Positions 1-10,622 of a DNA stretch of 64,000 bases are shown piece after piece. Positions within the stretch are counted from its first letter, which is position 1; every line of letters starts with the position of its first letter. The DNA comes from a virus: IMG/VR virus record IMGVR_UViG_3300050821_004371, positions 27,483-91,482 of that record. One strand, 5' to 3'. Under the pieces are notes generated by a model. That model was not told where the DNA came from, ran no database searches, and saw only the letters and a program-made list of their open reading frames with translations. The translations under genes and the position numbers were made by a program.

Positions 1-126
1 CGATGACACTTTCGGGCAACCTGTCCGTTTTCCGTATTGTTGCCCGATGAAAACAAAAGACTTAGGTTTGGAGAGACAGTTGCAAGATAACAAGTGTAAG
101 TCAAATCACACAAAGAGGCCGAAACA

Positions 127-465
127 ATGCAAGCATACAGCGATCCAAAACGAGCGAGCGATCCTTACAGCCTGCCCGATGTGGAAGTATTCGAGCTAAC
201 GGCAGAAGAGGCCGTCCAGCAGGATGAGGATTTGATGTGGGATGCGGGCAAGCGATTCCCGCTAATGCACATGAATTCCCGCGATAGGGACAAGGCTATT
301 GAGTGGGCAATCGAAGAATCAGGCACGACTGGCGGGTGGTTCTGGTGGACGTGTCTGCCTGGATGTATGCCCGATAGTTGTGCGTTTGGCCCGTTCAAAA
401 CCCGCAAGGAAGCTTTAGCAGATGCGCAAGAGAATGCCGACGTAGACGAGGATTCGGGCGAGTAA
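127..465 (+). CDS. hypothetical phage protein
   Basis: 112-aa ORF with GAGG RBS; no recognised family. Confidence 0.6.
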   Translation: MQAYSDPKRASDPYSLPDVEVFELTAEEAVQQDEDLMWDAGKRFPLMHMNSRDRDKAIEWAIEESGTTGGWFWWTCLPGCMPDSCAFGPFKTRKEALADAQENADVDEDSGE

Positions 466-540
466 GCAAACCCAGTACAGAAAACGGATTACGGGCGATA
501 GCCCGAAACGATCGGACCAGACCTTTAAACGGAGGAAAAT

Positions 541-864
541 ATGTCACAGAGAGACCGAAACGAATTCGTACACTTTTTCATGAAGTATGCACCGTTATCG
601 TTGGAAGAGAAGTACGGCAGTCTTCGGAATGCCGCTCTAAAACTCATGCGATACGCTGCCACTCACGTTCGGATTGAGGCCGAGCTAACCAACGGCTACA
701 AGGATCATGCGGGCAATTGGGACTTCGCCCGAACACAAAAGGCTATTGCCAAGCGTAATCGGATTGATGCCAAGATGGAAGCAATTGCGCCTATCGTTTA
801 CGGTGCATTAACCGTCAGTGTTCGGATGGGCAATCGGGAATTCTACATTCCTGCGCGAGGATAA
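541..864 (+). CDS. hypothetical phage protein
   Basis: GGAGG RBS, 107-aa ORF. Confidence 0.6.
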   Translation: MSQRDRNEFVHFFMKYAPLSLEEKYGSLRNAALKLMRYAATHVRIEAELTNGYKDHAGNWDFARTQKAIAKRNRIDAKMEAIAPIVYGALTVSVRMGNREFYIPARG

Positions 865-1016
865 CATGCGTAAAACGATCCTGCTCCTTCTCACGCTAGT
901 CATGCTGGTTAACTTCGGGTTTGCTTCGGGCGTCCGCCGTCATTCGGGTGCCCGAAGATCAATCCGGAAAACGTACACGATCCATAAACCTGCCCGTAGA
1001 CATCAGAGGAGATAAC

Positions 1017-1664
1017 ATGAAGTTTGAAATCAAAAATCGTTGGACAGCAGAAGTAATTTTCAGTTCGGATTCCGTAGATTTGCGGGCGTCCGTAACTGCG
1101 GCAGTCAAAACTGGGGCGGACTTGCGGTCGGCGAACTTGCGGTCGGCGGACTTGCGGTCGGCGGACTTGCGGTCGGCGGACTTGCGGTCGGCGGACTTGC
1201 GGTCGGCGAACTTGCGGTCGGCGAACTTGCGGTCGGCGGACTTGTGGTCGGCGGACTTGTGGTCGGCGAACTTGTGGTCGGCGAACTTGCAGTCGGCGGA
1301 CTTGCGGTCGGCGAACTTGCGGTCGGCGAACTTGCAGTCGGCGGACTTGCGGTCGGCGAACTTGCGGTCGGCGAACTTGACCAAAGCACAACTACCCGCG
1401 CCTACAATGGTTCTTATGGCTTCGTGGGGAAGCGTATCAGCGGAGCTGTGCGCCGATCTAATGATGTACGACGCCTCTTGCCACCCGAATCAAAATGCCT
1501 TTGACAAGTGGGCAGCAGGCGGACCTTGCCCGTATGAAGGAGTCAATGTTCAGCGAGCTTGCAATTTCAAAGAACAGAAAGAACTGTGGGGAAAAGGAAA
1601 GTTCCGCAAACCGATCAATTTAATGCTTCGCTTGTTCAAGGAAAAGGGTATCAAATTTGAGTAA
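1017..1664 (+). CDS. pentapeptide repeat protein
   Basis: MKFEIKNRW N-terminus followed by A(D/N)L(R/W/Q)S repeats; GAGGAG RBS before ATG 1017. Confidence 0.9.
   Translation: MKFEIKNRWTAEVIFSSDSVDLRASVTAAVKTGADLRSANLRSADLRSADLRSADLRSADLRSANLRSANLRSADLWSADLWSANLWSANLQSADLRSANLRSANLQSADLRSANLRSANLTKAQLPAPTMVLMASWGSVSAELCADLMMYDASCHPNQNAFDKWAAGGPCPYEGVNVQRACNFKEQKELWGKGKFRKPINLMLRLFKEKGIKFE
1116..1379 (+). repeat. 15-bp tandem repeat GCG(G/A)ACTTG(C/T)(G/A)GTCG, ~17 units, encoding the pentapeptide repeat
   Basis: directly visible tandem array. Confidence 0.95.
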
Positions 1665-2431
1665 CCCGTAGACACGGGCGATAGGAGCCGTATGGAATTC
1701 CCCGAGCAAATCGGCTTTTCGATGGGCCCGTTTGGATACACGTTCACGTTGCCTCGTTATCTTGACGGTGCTTACGGTTGTTGTGGCAGAGATGGGTGCA
1801 ATGCAAAACATTGGCCCAACTGGATCGGCTTGTTCTGGGATTCGAGCAAGAAACGGTTGTACTTCTTCCCCGTGCCGATGTTCGGGCTACGGATTGACTT
1901 TGATTAGCGTTTATCGGGCTTCGGGCAATCGCTCATAGCGCAGAGCCGCCCGAAGAACAAAGCGAAGACAACGGACGCCAGGAACCAGACGCCCGCAAGT
2001 TTGAGAATGAAAGTAACCATAAGTAATTCCCCTTTCGTGTAGCATCGTGGCACTAACGGGCGATGTTGTCAAGAAAATACGGAAAACGGAGGAGAAATGT
2101 CCAAACCTTGTTCTTGCCTAGAGCCTCATGCCGCACATACCTATAACGGGCGACCGATGCTCTTGTGTCCAGGCGTCGGGCGTCAAGACTTGCACGGTAC
2201 GGAAAACGTATGGAAAGGGAGCATACAACGGACGCTAGATGATTGGGAAGAGTCAGACACCCGCAAGGCTCTAGACATTATAGCGCGGGAAGGAAGGGTA
2301 TCGCCCGAATCCACTTTCTGTATTGACTGCGGGCAGCCTACTACGCCCGGTAAAGGCTCTGCTCGTTGCCCGTCATGCTGGGAAGATAGGTTAGATTACG
2401 AATTCCAGCAGCAAGCGGGGGAGGATTACTA

Positions 2432-2851
2432 ATGATACGCCCGCTAGCAGACATAGAACGGGAAGCAATCCTAGCGGCATGCCTGGAAACTCGGGATTGT
2501 CAACGGGCATCCCGTGAGCTAGGTATCGGGCGAACGACGCTGTACCGCAAGCTTAGGGAGTATGGCGAGCCTTTGAGTAGATTTCGGGCGTCGAAGCCCG
2601 TGAAGATTCGGGAGAGCGTTTCTGGCCCGCCAATGTGCCCGATTTGTCATTTCACGGGAAAGAATACCTTCGCGCATCTGGTCAAGGCTCACGGTTGGAC
2701 GCCCGAAGATGCTGGAAGGTACGCGGGCAATCCCGAGCGATACTTGCCAGAAGGCCCGGTAAATCATTGCGGGATTCACGGGCGATACAACGGGCGTTTG
2801 CTTCGGTGCCTGCTTTGTATGGAAAACGGTCGCCCGATTGAAAACTTGTAA
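2432..2851 (+). CDS. Fis-type (HTH_8) DNA-binding protein with C-terminal Zn-finger-like motifs
   Basis: PLADIEREAILAA...RASRELGIGRTTLYRKLREYG; CPICH...HLVKAH. Confidence 0.8.
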   Translation: MIRPLADIEREAILAACLETRDCQRASRELGIGRTTLYRKLREYGEPLSRFRASKPVKIRESVSGPPMCPICHFTGKNTFAHLVKAHGWTPEDAGRYAGNPERYLPEGPVNHCGIHGRYNGRLLRCLLCMENGRPIENL

Positions 2852-2916
2852 CACGATGAAAATACACGATTTGGTTTTCGGGAAGTAAAACTTTAGGTGG
2901 TTTATACCGAGCGAAA

Positions 2917-3498
2917 ATGGAAACGATTCTGGCAGCGATTCTCGGGGTGTTAGCCTTCGGGCTTCTGTTGGTGGGACTCTTACGGGCGAAAAAGCAAGTC
3001 GCTGCGAAAGCCCAGGAGTTGAAGGCGTTTCAGGAATCTCTTGAAAAATTTCGGGCTACCGCGCAGAAGCAGGCGATGGATTCGTTGGAATCGCAATTGT
3101 CCGTTTTCCGTACAACGGAGTTGCGGGCGACGGTTGAGATCGCCCGCAAGGAAGTCAAGCTCGAATACGATTCTAAACTTGCCCGTGAGATTGAGAAGCA
3201 ACGGGCCGAAGCTATCAAGCAATCCAAGGCCGTGAATCGCGGGCTTGTGGCCGAGCAGCTAGCGCCGCACATGGTTGGGTTTCCGTATAGCCCGAAGGAC
3301 TGTCATTTTTTAGGCCAACCTTGCGATTATCTTGTATTTGACGGTTTGGATGCGGGCGACCTGAAGCGGATCGTCTTGCTTGAAGTTAAGACGGGCAAGT
3401 CTCAACCGAATGCCCGTGAGAAACAAGTTCGGGCAGCCGTTGAAGAAGCCCGAGTTCAATACGATATTTTTCGTCTTGATACGTCCGATTTCACTTGA
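2917..3498 (+). CDS. Holliday junction resolvase-like endonuclease (Endonuc_Holl type) with N-terminal TM helix
   Basis: GLVAEQLAP..FPYSPKDCHFLGQPCDYLVFDG...EVKTG. Confidence 0.8.
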   Translation: METILAAILGVLAFGLLLVGLLRAKKQVAAKAQELKAFQESLEKFRATAQKQAMDSLESQLSVFRTTELRATVEIARKEVKLEYDSKLAREIEKQRAEAIKQSKAVNRGLVAEQLAPHMVGFPYSPKDCHFLGQPCDYLVFDGLDAGDLKRIVLLEVKTGKSQPNAREKQVRAAVEEARVQYDIFRLDTSDFT

Positions 3499-3524
3499 CA
3501 TCAGCAGTCCGTTTTCCGTATATT
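3495..3524 (+). promoter_or_regulatory. sigma70-type promoter whose spacer contains the 13-bp motif
   Basis: TTGACA-18nt-TATATT; TCCGTTTTCCGTA at 3508-3520. Confidence 0.6.
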
Positions 3525-3655
3525 TGGATCAGGAGGCCCGAAATGGAAGTAATAGCTCAAACTCTAGTTCTAGGAATAGGCGCTCTCGTAGTTTTCGGGC
3601 TAGTAGTCTTAGCGGGCGTCTGGGTGATTAATGAAGTCTTGGAAGGGTTGTTCTG

Positions 3656-4138
3656 ATGAAGCTGATTCCTCTGACTCGCGGTTATGTGGCCCTCGTTGAT
3701 GACGAGGACTACGAGCGGACGATTGGTGCGGGAAAGTGGACCGCGTTGGTGTGCAAGAATGCTGTATACGCTCATCGAAAAACTCCAATTGAGAGAAAGA
3801 CCATTCTTCTGCATCGCTTTCTTCTCGGGGTAACCGACGCTCGGACTGACGTGGATCACAAAAACGGGAACGGATTGGATTGCCAGCGGTCTAATCTTCG
3901 CAAGGCTACGCGGGGTCAGAATAACGCTAACCGCAGGAGATTTCGTGGGGCGAGCCCGTACAAGGGCGTATTTAAAAACCACTTGCGCTGGTCTGCCCGA
4001 ATATATGTAGATTACCGAAAAGTGCCCTTGGGAAATTTCATGACGCAGGAAGAAGCGGCGCGAGCTTACGATGCGGCAGCTACGGAACATTTTGGAGAAT
4101 TTGCTTGTCTCAATTTTCCTGCCGAGGTTACCCAATGA
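3656..4138 (+). CDS. HNH homing endonuclease with AP2 domain
   Basis: VDHKNGNGLDCQRSNLR; YKGV...W.ARI...LGNF...EEAARAYD. Confidence 0.9.
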   Translation: MKLIPLTRGYVALVDDEDYERTIGAGKWTALVCKNAVYAHRKTPIERKTILLHRFLLGVTDARTDVDHKNGNGLDCQRSNLRKATRGQNNANRRRFRGASPYKGVFKNHLRWSARIYVDYRKVPLGNFMTQEEAARAYDAAATEHFGEFACLNFPAEVTQ

Positions 4139-5187
4139 AACGCGGAGTTCTGACCTTTGGCGGTAATACGGTTAACGTATGGATCAAGATGGTTGAGGGC
4201 GAAATCCGAGCGACTTCGGCGCGTCCGAAGGAAAGCGTCTCCTTTCAGAAGTTCTCGGACAAATACATCGCGGAGACAATCCCCAACTTCAAGCCCGCTA
4301 GCCAATCAAGCTTGAAGTCCAACATCGTCGCCTTGAATTCGTTTTTCGGCCCTGTATCCTTGGCGTCTATCGACGCGGAAAAGATTCAAGCTTACGTTGC
4401 GTCGTGTGCGGGTATCGCCCCTAAGACAATCAAGAACAGGCTCGGCACGATGAAGATGGTTTGGCGACGGGCGAGGGCCTGGGGATATGCTGATGGGAAT
4501 CCCTTCGAGTTCGTTTCGCTGCCTCGGGCTGAATTGAAAGAGGCAAAGTCGTTGTCCGTCGATGAAGTACGTTCAATAATCCGCGCAACGAGTGGAGAAT
4601 TCAACATGATGCTGAGAATTCTCGCAGAGACAGGCTGTCGCGGCGGCGAGCTAGTGGCTTTGGCGAAAACTGATATCGACTTGGACGCCCGTGTAATCCG
4701 AATCAGACGCTCAGCATTCCAAGGAAAACTTCAGACGCCGAAGACGGGAAACGCGGTCAGGACGATTCATATTAGCGGGCAACTTGCCCGAGAGTTATCA
4801 AGTTTCGCTGGTGCCTTCGGCACAGACCGTGATGGCGGGAAGGATCATCTTATGATGCCTGCCAAGCATAATCCTATTGCGGGTGCTAGCGAATTATTCT
4901 TCCCCTACAAAGGAAACCCGTGGAATAACGGGGAGATTGTCCGCCGTCTTAAACCTGTTTTGGGTACGGGCGCTGGGCTGCACGCGTTCCGTCACGCGAA
5001 TATCTCGCTGATGGCATCGCTCGGAGTTCCTTTGCATATCCAGAAGGAGAGAATCGGGCATGCTTCAGGCGATATCACTGCCCGATATACTCATTCGTCG
5101 CCCGAAGATCACAAGAAGTACGCTGAGATTATCGGGCAAGCTTTGTGTACGGAAAATGTATTGCGGGCGACCGCAGGGGGAGATTGA
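4135..5187 (+). CDS. int: tyrosine recombinase/integrase
   Basis: AETGCRGGE (R), TPKT (K), LHAFRH (HxxR), IGH...TARYTH (H,Y). Confidence 0.9.
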   Translation: MKRGVLTFGGNTVNVWIKMVEGEIRATSARPKESVSFQKFSDKYIAETIPNFKPASQSSLKSNIVALNSFFGPVSLASIDAEKIQAYVASCAGIAPKTIKNRLGTMKMVWRRARAWGYADGNPFEFVSLPRAELKEAKSLSVDEVRSIIRATSGEFNMMLRILAETGCRGGELVALAKTDIDLDARVIRIRRSAFQGKLQTPKTGNAVRTIHISGQLARELSSFAGAFGTDRDGGKDHLMMPAKHNPIAGASELFFPYKGNPWNNGEIVRRLKPVLGTGAGLHAFRHANISLMASLGVPLHIQKERIGHASGDITARYTHSSPEDHKKYAEIIGQALCTENVLRATAGGD

Positions 5188-6507
5188 TGATTTCACCAGA
5201 AACTAGCGAAGACATTCTCGCGGAGATTGCCCGAAATCTCGGGCGAATCGCCGATGCTCTTGAATACGCTCACAACTGCCACACGCCAACGCCAGACGAG
5301 TTGGACCCGTTTCACGACCAAGGAAATGCAACCAACCACCGTGTAAGCCAGTGCAGCGTGGACTATTGCGGCGAAGAAGCAATCCCGAAGAAATCCTTAT
5401 TCTCAATTAATATCAATGCGTAACCCCTGTCAAGCCTTCGTGAAAAACCGCAAACTGCGCTGTCGGGTTGCCTGCGGGCGTTCTGGTCGCCGTTGCTACG
5501 TTTCAGGTATGAGTTACGGAGTCAACATCGTCCTATGTTCGCGGCACAGAGAGCGGGAAAAGAAGCAATGTTTGTACGAAGTTGAAATTCTACCGTCGCC
5601 CGAAAGAGCGGCGGATTTCTTGGAGGGAATCTAAAATGATTATCAAGTGTGTTGCGGGCGAAAAACTGGAATTAAGCGATACTAGGCTAACCGAACTCGG
5701 AGATGTAAATCCGAGCGGTTGCCTGCCTCGTTACCTTAAATTAAAAGATTTGCGGGCAGCTTGGAAAAAGGGGTACGTGAAAGTAATTCGCGTTATGCCC
5801 ACGTTCGGCGGGGGTATCCTAACCACCGATGTACCTTTTGAGCCCGAAATATTCAAAATCGGCTGCCGGACCTTCTCGCCCGCCGCGTTCGCCAAGATTC
5901 TGAAAGCGGCGGGTGTCAAGCCTGTACGGAAAACGAAGCCCGCGAAGAAGAGGAAAAAATGATTTACTCATTCGTCTCTGGAATCGTATTCGGGCTAGTA
6001 TTATCGGCCACGGACAACGGCAGTATGGGTTGGCGGTATTGGGTTCTGCTCACAGTTTTCGCTCTTAACGGGGCTATACAATACTGCCTCGGAAGAGCAA
6101 GTAAATAGCGCCATGCCCGGTAAACCCATCACGCACGAAAACATCGGGGAGACCGTGTTCTACTACGACCCTAAGAACCAGGGGAAGCGTACGGGCGTCC
6201 TCGTCAGCCTGACGGCGGAGATCGCCCAACCGATCAAGGGCAAGAGGAAGAAAGTTTTGCCCGCAAGTGAGTGCGAATTATATACGAAAGAGGAAAGTCA
6301 ATGAGCGATACTGTGGAAGTAACACCCGAACCCATGGTCGTGGTTATCTCGGCGGCGGTTTGCCCATCCCACTCCTTCAACTACGTGTCAATGCCCAGAG
6401 ACGCGGGCGGCGATGCACGAGGGTTCTTATTTAAGTGCCCGATACGAGATTGCGGAAAGGGCGTTACGGCCTTGACGGGCACCAACTTCTAGTGTCACAC
6501 TATAGAG

Positions 6508-7173
6508 ATGTTCAAAAATCTAACTAATCGGAGATTTGGTCGTCTCTTAGTTGTGGACCGTTATGGCACGGATTCTCGTCGGAACGTCCTGTGGGATTGC
6601 CTTTGCGATTGCGGGAGATGGAAAATCTTACCGTCCAATATTTTGACTAGGGGGCAGCAAAGTTGCGGGTGTCTCCAAATAGAGGCCGCTGTCCGCACTT
6701 GCAAGAATCGTATTAAACATGGCCACTCGCGTGGCCGAGGAAGACTATCGCCAGAGTACATATCCTATAGTTCCGCCAAGCAGCGGTGTAACAATCCCAA
6801 CAACATCGGGTACAAAAATTACGGGGGTCGGGGAATTCGGTTCCTGTTCACTGGCTTCGAGCAATTCTTTGCCGAAATTGGAATTCGCCCGTCTGCTGCG
6901 CATACCCTTGACCGATACCCCGATAAGAACGGGAATTATGAGCCGGGAAATGTACGGTGGGCAACAAAGAAAGAGCAGGCTAACAATCGTCGCACATCAA
7001 ATAGTCCTAACATAAACTCTTCTACGGGGCTTCGAGGCGTAACATTTGACAAGAGTCGGAATAAATTCGTTGCGCGTATTACGCTCCGGGGGCGAGAGCA
7101 CCATATTGGTCGATTTTCAACTGCCAAAGAAGCTTCCGAGGCGTATTTGGAAAAGAAACAGGCGCAAGAATGA
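6508..7173 (+). CDS. HNH-family homing endonuclease with AP2 domain
   Basis: FGRLLV..W.CLCDCG; YKNYGGRGI; TLDR...NGNYEPGNVRWAT; GLRGVTFDK..KFVARI. Confidence 0.85.
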   Translation: MFKNLTNRRFGRLLVVDRYGTDSRRNVLWDCLCDCGRWKILPSNILTRGQQSCGCLQIEAAVRTCKNRIKHGHSRGRGRLSPEYISYSSAKQRCNNPNNIGYKNYGGRGIRFLFTGFEQFFAEIGIRPSAAHTLDRYPDKNGNYEPGNVRWATKKEQANNRRTSNSPNINSSTGLRGVTFDKSRNKFVARITLRGREHHIGRFSTAKEASEAYLEKKQAQE

Positions 7174-9215
7174 CTGTTTGTTTCCTTGATTTCGAGACGC
7201 GGGGGACCGTTGATCTGCGCGAATACGGGCTGGCAAACTATCTTGACAGCCCTGACACGCAGTCCCTGATGCTCGGGTGGAGTCTGAACGAAAACCCCGT
7301 AAATCTATTTCAGAACCACGTTGATGGAAAGTTTTGCTCCGAACTTCGAGATGCAATCACGGACCCGCACGTAACCAAAATAGCTTATAATGCCCCCTTT
7401 GAACACGGCGTTCTAAAGAAGCTGTACGGGATCGATACGCCTCTCTCTTCGTGGGCCGATGTTCTAATCTGGGCCCGGCATTTGTCAGTTACGGGCAGCC
7501 TTGGGGATGTCGGCAAGGTCTTTGGATTGCCCGTAGATGAAATGAAAGACGCCGAGGGCGAGCGACTTATTAAGTTATTCTGCGAACCGGGCGTCGCCGC
7601 CCATGAAACCCCGCTGTTCGGAAAGATGCCTGCGTGGTTCCACGACGCCGATTCAGACCCCGAGGATTGGAATAAGTTTTGCGAATACTGCAAGCAGGAC
7701 ATAATTGCCGAGCGGTCGTTGTGGAAACGAATGCAGGCGTTTCCGTTGCCCGAAATGGAGCAGCGAGGCTGGGAGCTGGATCAAAGAATAAACGCCCGTG
7801 GACTTCCGATGGACATGGATTTGGTTGCGGGCAGCAAGGATGTCGCCGAACTCGTCAAGGCCGACCTCTGGGCGGAACTCAAGCAAATTACGGGCGTTGA
7901 GAATCCTAACAGTGGCCCACAAATGCTGGCGTGGCTCGAAACCCAAGGCTATACTTTCTCGGGCATTGGAAAGCCCTTCGTCAACCGCGCTCTTGCGGGC
8001 GAATGCGAATTAACTAATGCGGCGATTAAAGCCCTTAATCTCCGCAAACAATCGTCCAAGACCTCCGACGCCAAACTCCAGAAGATCGTGAATTCTGTTT
8101 CGGGCGACGGTCGGCTGAGACACCAATTCCTGTATATGGGTGCTCCGAGAACGGGACGCTGGTCGGGCGGCGGTGGCGAAGTCAAGAACGTTCAAATGCA
8201 AAACCTGCCCCGCCCGACAAGAGAAGTTTCAAAGAATCTCGATCTCGCGATCAATTTGCTCAAGAATCGAGATTACACGGGCATCGCAATGGAATTCTCT
8301 AGCCCGATGGACGTTGTTACAAGCACTTTGCGCTCGACAATCAAAGCGAGTCCGGGCAAGAAGCTTCTCGTCTGCGATCTGAACGCCGTGGAATTCCGGG
8401 CGCTCGGCTGGATTACCCGCTGCGAAAGCATCCAATCCGTTTTCCGTACAGGCCGCGATCCATACAAAGACTTTGGGGCCGATCTATTCCAGAAACCATA
8501 CGAGGAAATAACAAAAGAAGAACGGCAGAATGCCAAGCCTGGAGTTCTCGGCGGCGGGTATCAGCTTTCGGGCGGCGAAGAATTCATCAACGACGCCGGG
8601 GATAAAGTCTTCTCGGGGCTGATGGGGTACGCCCGAAGCCTGCAAATCGAAATCGATCACGATCTGGCCCACGATTCAATCGCCGCATTCCGGGCGAAAT
8701 ACTGGGAGGTGCCCGAAGCTTGGAAGGAAATCGAAGCCGCTGCTCTTGAAGCCGTCCGTCATCCGGGAAAAATCGTGGAGTACAACGCCTTCGCTTTCGA
8801 GTGCTTCGGAACCAAACTCCTGCGGTTGATGCTGCCTTCGGGTCGCGGACTACATTACATTCGCCCGAAGATCGAGAAAGACGAAAAGTTCAACAAAGAC
8901 GGGATCACCTACGAGGGTCGCCTGCAATCCAAGAAAGCCATTGGCCGGATTAAGATTTATGGAGGGAAATTTGTTGAGAACATGTGCCAAGCCTTTTCTC
9001 GGGATTTGCTTCTTCACGGGATGTTTGAAGCAGAGAAAGCTAATTTGACTATCGTAGCCCATACCCATGACGAATTAGTATGTGAAGTGGATGTAGATTC
9101 AAGGTTATCCCTTGATGACCTTCGGGCGGCCATGATAAAATGCCCAGAATGGTCCCCTGGATTGGTACTAGATGCTGAAGGATATGAAACTACAAAATGC
9201 TACCGAAAAGACTGA
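7170..9215 (+). CDS. family A DNA polymerase with 3'-5' exonuclease domain
   Basis: LDFET exo I, AYNAPFE exo II, YCKQD exo III; TGRWSG; CDLNAVEFR motif A; RQNAKP motif B; HTHDE motif C. Confidence 0.92.
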   Translation: MTVCFLDFETRGTVDLREYGLANYLDSPDTQSLMLGWSLNENPVNLFQNHVDGKFCSELRDAITDPHVTKIAYNAPFEHGVLKKLYGIDTPLSSWADVLIWARHLSVTGSLGDVGKVFGLPVDEMKDAEGERLIKLFCEPGVAAHETPLFGKMPAWFHDADSDPEDWNKFCEYCKQDIIAERSLWKRMQAFPLPEMEQRGWELDQRINARGLPMDMDLVAGSKDVAELVKADLWAELKQITGVENPNSGPQMLAWLETQGYTFSGIGKPFVNRALAGECELTNAAIKALNLRKQSSKTSDAKLQKIVNSVSGDGRLRHQFLYMGAPRTGRWSGGGGEVKNVQMQNLPRPTREVSKNLDLAINLLKNRDYTGIAMEFSSPMDVVTSTLRSTIKASPGKKLLVCDLNAVEFRALGWITRCESIQSVFRTGRDPYKDFGADLFQKPYEEITKEERQNAKPGVLGGGYQLSGGEEFINDAGDKVFSGLMGYARSLQIEIDHDLAHDSIAAFRAKYWEVPEAWKEIEAAALEAVRHPGKIVEYNAFAFECFGTKLLRLMLPSGRGLHYIRPKIEKDEKFNKDGITYEGRLQSKKAIGRIKIYGGKFVENMCQAFSRDLLLHGMFEAEKANLTIVAHTHDELVCEVDVDSRLSLDDLRAAMIKCPEWSPGLVLDAEGYETTKCYRKD

Positions 9216-9801
9216 CCCCCGCTGGACTCTCGCTTACAGCAACGGAGCCCAACGTAGAAAACTAGGGCGGTGCGCCGTCGTAGACGCCCGGTTCGGATCG
9301 TGCCGCGTAATAAAATCATTTCCAGGTAAAGGCGGAAGAACCTACCTTCAGTGCGATTGTGGGACGGAATTCGATGTAACTACCCGACAAGTTTGGCGTG
9401 GGCAAGTGACTAGATGCGCTAGTTGCGGACATGCCGAAAGCAACCGAAAGACTGCACAAAACCAAGGCATAGATGTAATCCCTGATCCGAAGCTTCGCAG
9501 TCTGTGGTTGCATCGCCGGACAGGTATGATCTCCCGCTGCTACAATCCCGAGTCAAAAGCCTACAAGAATTACGGTGGGCGCGGGATAACGGTCTACGGC
9601 TCTTGGATCGAAAACCGCATAGAATGGCTCAAGTACGTTGTGACGCTGCCTAATTGGGATGATCTCAGTCTTGAAATTGATCGCGAGAATAACGACGGGA
9701 ACTACGAACCGGGAAATCTCCGCATGGTTACCCGAAAGGTGAATTGCAACAATCGACGGGTTGCCCGAAAAAACCAGTTGACTTCCGGGCTTCGCCCGTG
9801 A
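9172..9801 (+). CDS. HNH-family homing endonuclease
   Basis: MISRCYNP..KAYKNYGGRGITV...EIDRENNDGNYEPGNLR. Confidence 0.85.
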   Translation: MLKDMKLQNATEKTDPRWTLAYSNGAQRRKLGRCAVVDARFGSCRVIKSFPGKGGRTYLQCDCGTEFDVTTRQVWRGQVTRCASCGHAESNRKTAQNQGIDVIPDPKLRSLWLHRRTGMISRCYNPESKAYKNYGGRGITVYGSWIENRIEWLKYVVTLPNWDDLSLEIDRENNDGNYEPGNLRMVTRKVNCNNRRVARKNQLTSGLRP

Positions 9802-9877
9802 TACGGTTAATGAACGTCTGGAACACGGGCGGCCTGATTGACGGCCTCTTTCGGGTCGCCCGCAATAAGGAGAAAAC

Positions 9878-10297
9878 ATGGATTACGATCAGTATAGCGA
9901 CAAGAATTTCGTCAATCGAAAACTCAAGCCCTTCAATTTGCAGGAAGCTTTAGCGGGCAAGCCCGTGGTCGATGGCCTAGGAAATCCCGTGGTCAATTTC
10001 CACTATTTCAAGGGATCGCAGAGCACGCAAAAGTTATATGGTTTGGATAATACGGGCGAGATCAATTCCTGCGGGGACGATGGGCAGTTCTTTGAGGGTG
10101 ACAAAAGCCCGTCAAAATACGACCTCTTCATGGCCTCTGAGAAGAAAGAAGGCTGGATCGCTATCGGGCGAATGACGCAGCCCTCTGCAACCGTGGCTTT
10201 TTGCACTCACGTGTGGGCAACCAAGGAGCAGGCCGAGGCTGCATATATGCCCGAAGGTTTTCCGTTTTCCGTACAGAAAATCACTTGGGAAGAATAG
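9878..10297 (+). CDS. hypothetical phage protein
   Basis: AGGAG RBS; KPFNLQEALAGKPVV...YDLFM pattern seen in phage hypotheticals. Confidence 0.6.
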   Translation: MDYDQYSDKNFVNRKLKPFNLQEALAGKPVVDGLGNPVVNFHYFKGSQSTQKLYGLDNTGEINSCGDDGQFFEGDKSPSKYDLFMASEKKEGWIAIGRMTQPSATVAFCTHVWATKEQAEAAYMPEGFPFSVQKITWEE

Positions 10298-10298
10298 C

Positions 10299-10328
10299 TT
10301 GACAGCTCGCCCGAGAGTTTGGTAGACT
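10299..10328 (+). promoter_or_regulatory. sigma70-type promoter
   Basis: TTGACA-18nt-TAGACT, intergenic. Confidence 0.5.
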
Positions 10329-10622
10329 GTTTTCGGGCGTCGGGCTTGCTAGCCGTTGATCGTCCGTTCGTCCATTTATAGGAGTTTCGATGTTCATCGT
10401 CTACGATCAGACTTGGAAGCGCCATTTGGTTTACGGGCGACTTGCGGGCGATAAATCCGGCCCGAAGGTTTTGCTTTTGACAGGGGCGCAAGAGGCTGTG
10501 TCCGTTTTCCGTACTCGGAAATCCGCCGAACAAGCTATAGAAAACACCCGAAAACACGGGTGTTATGCTTGGTCCAACAACATCTACGTTCTTCTGCCCG
10601 TGAAACTCGAAAGGAAAAAGTA

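Noticed and set aside
909-1504. Repetitive alternative-frame ORFs (VRRPQ, KFADR, LAVGG, SSPTA)
   Set aside because: These are shadow frames of the 15-bp pentapeptide repeat.
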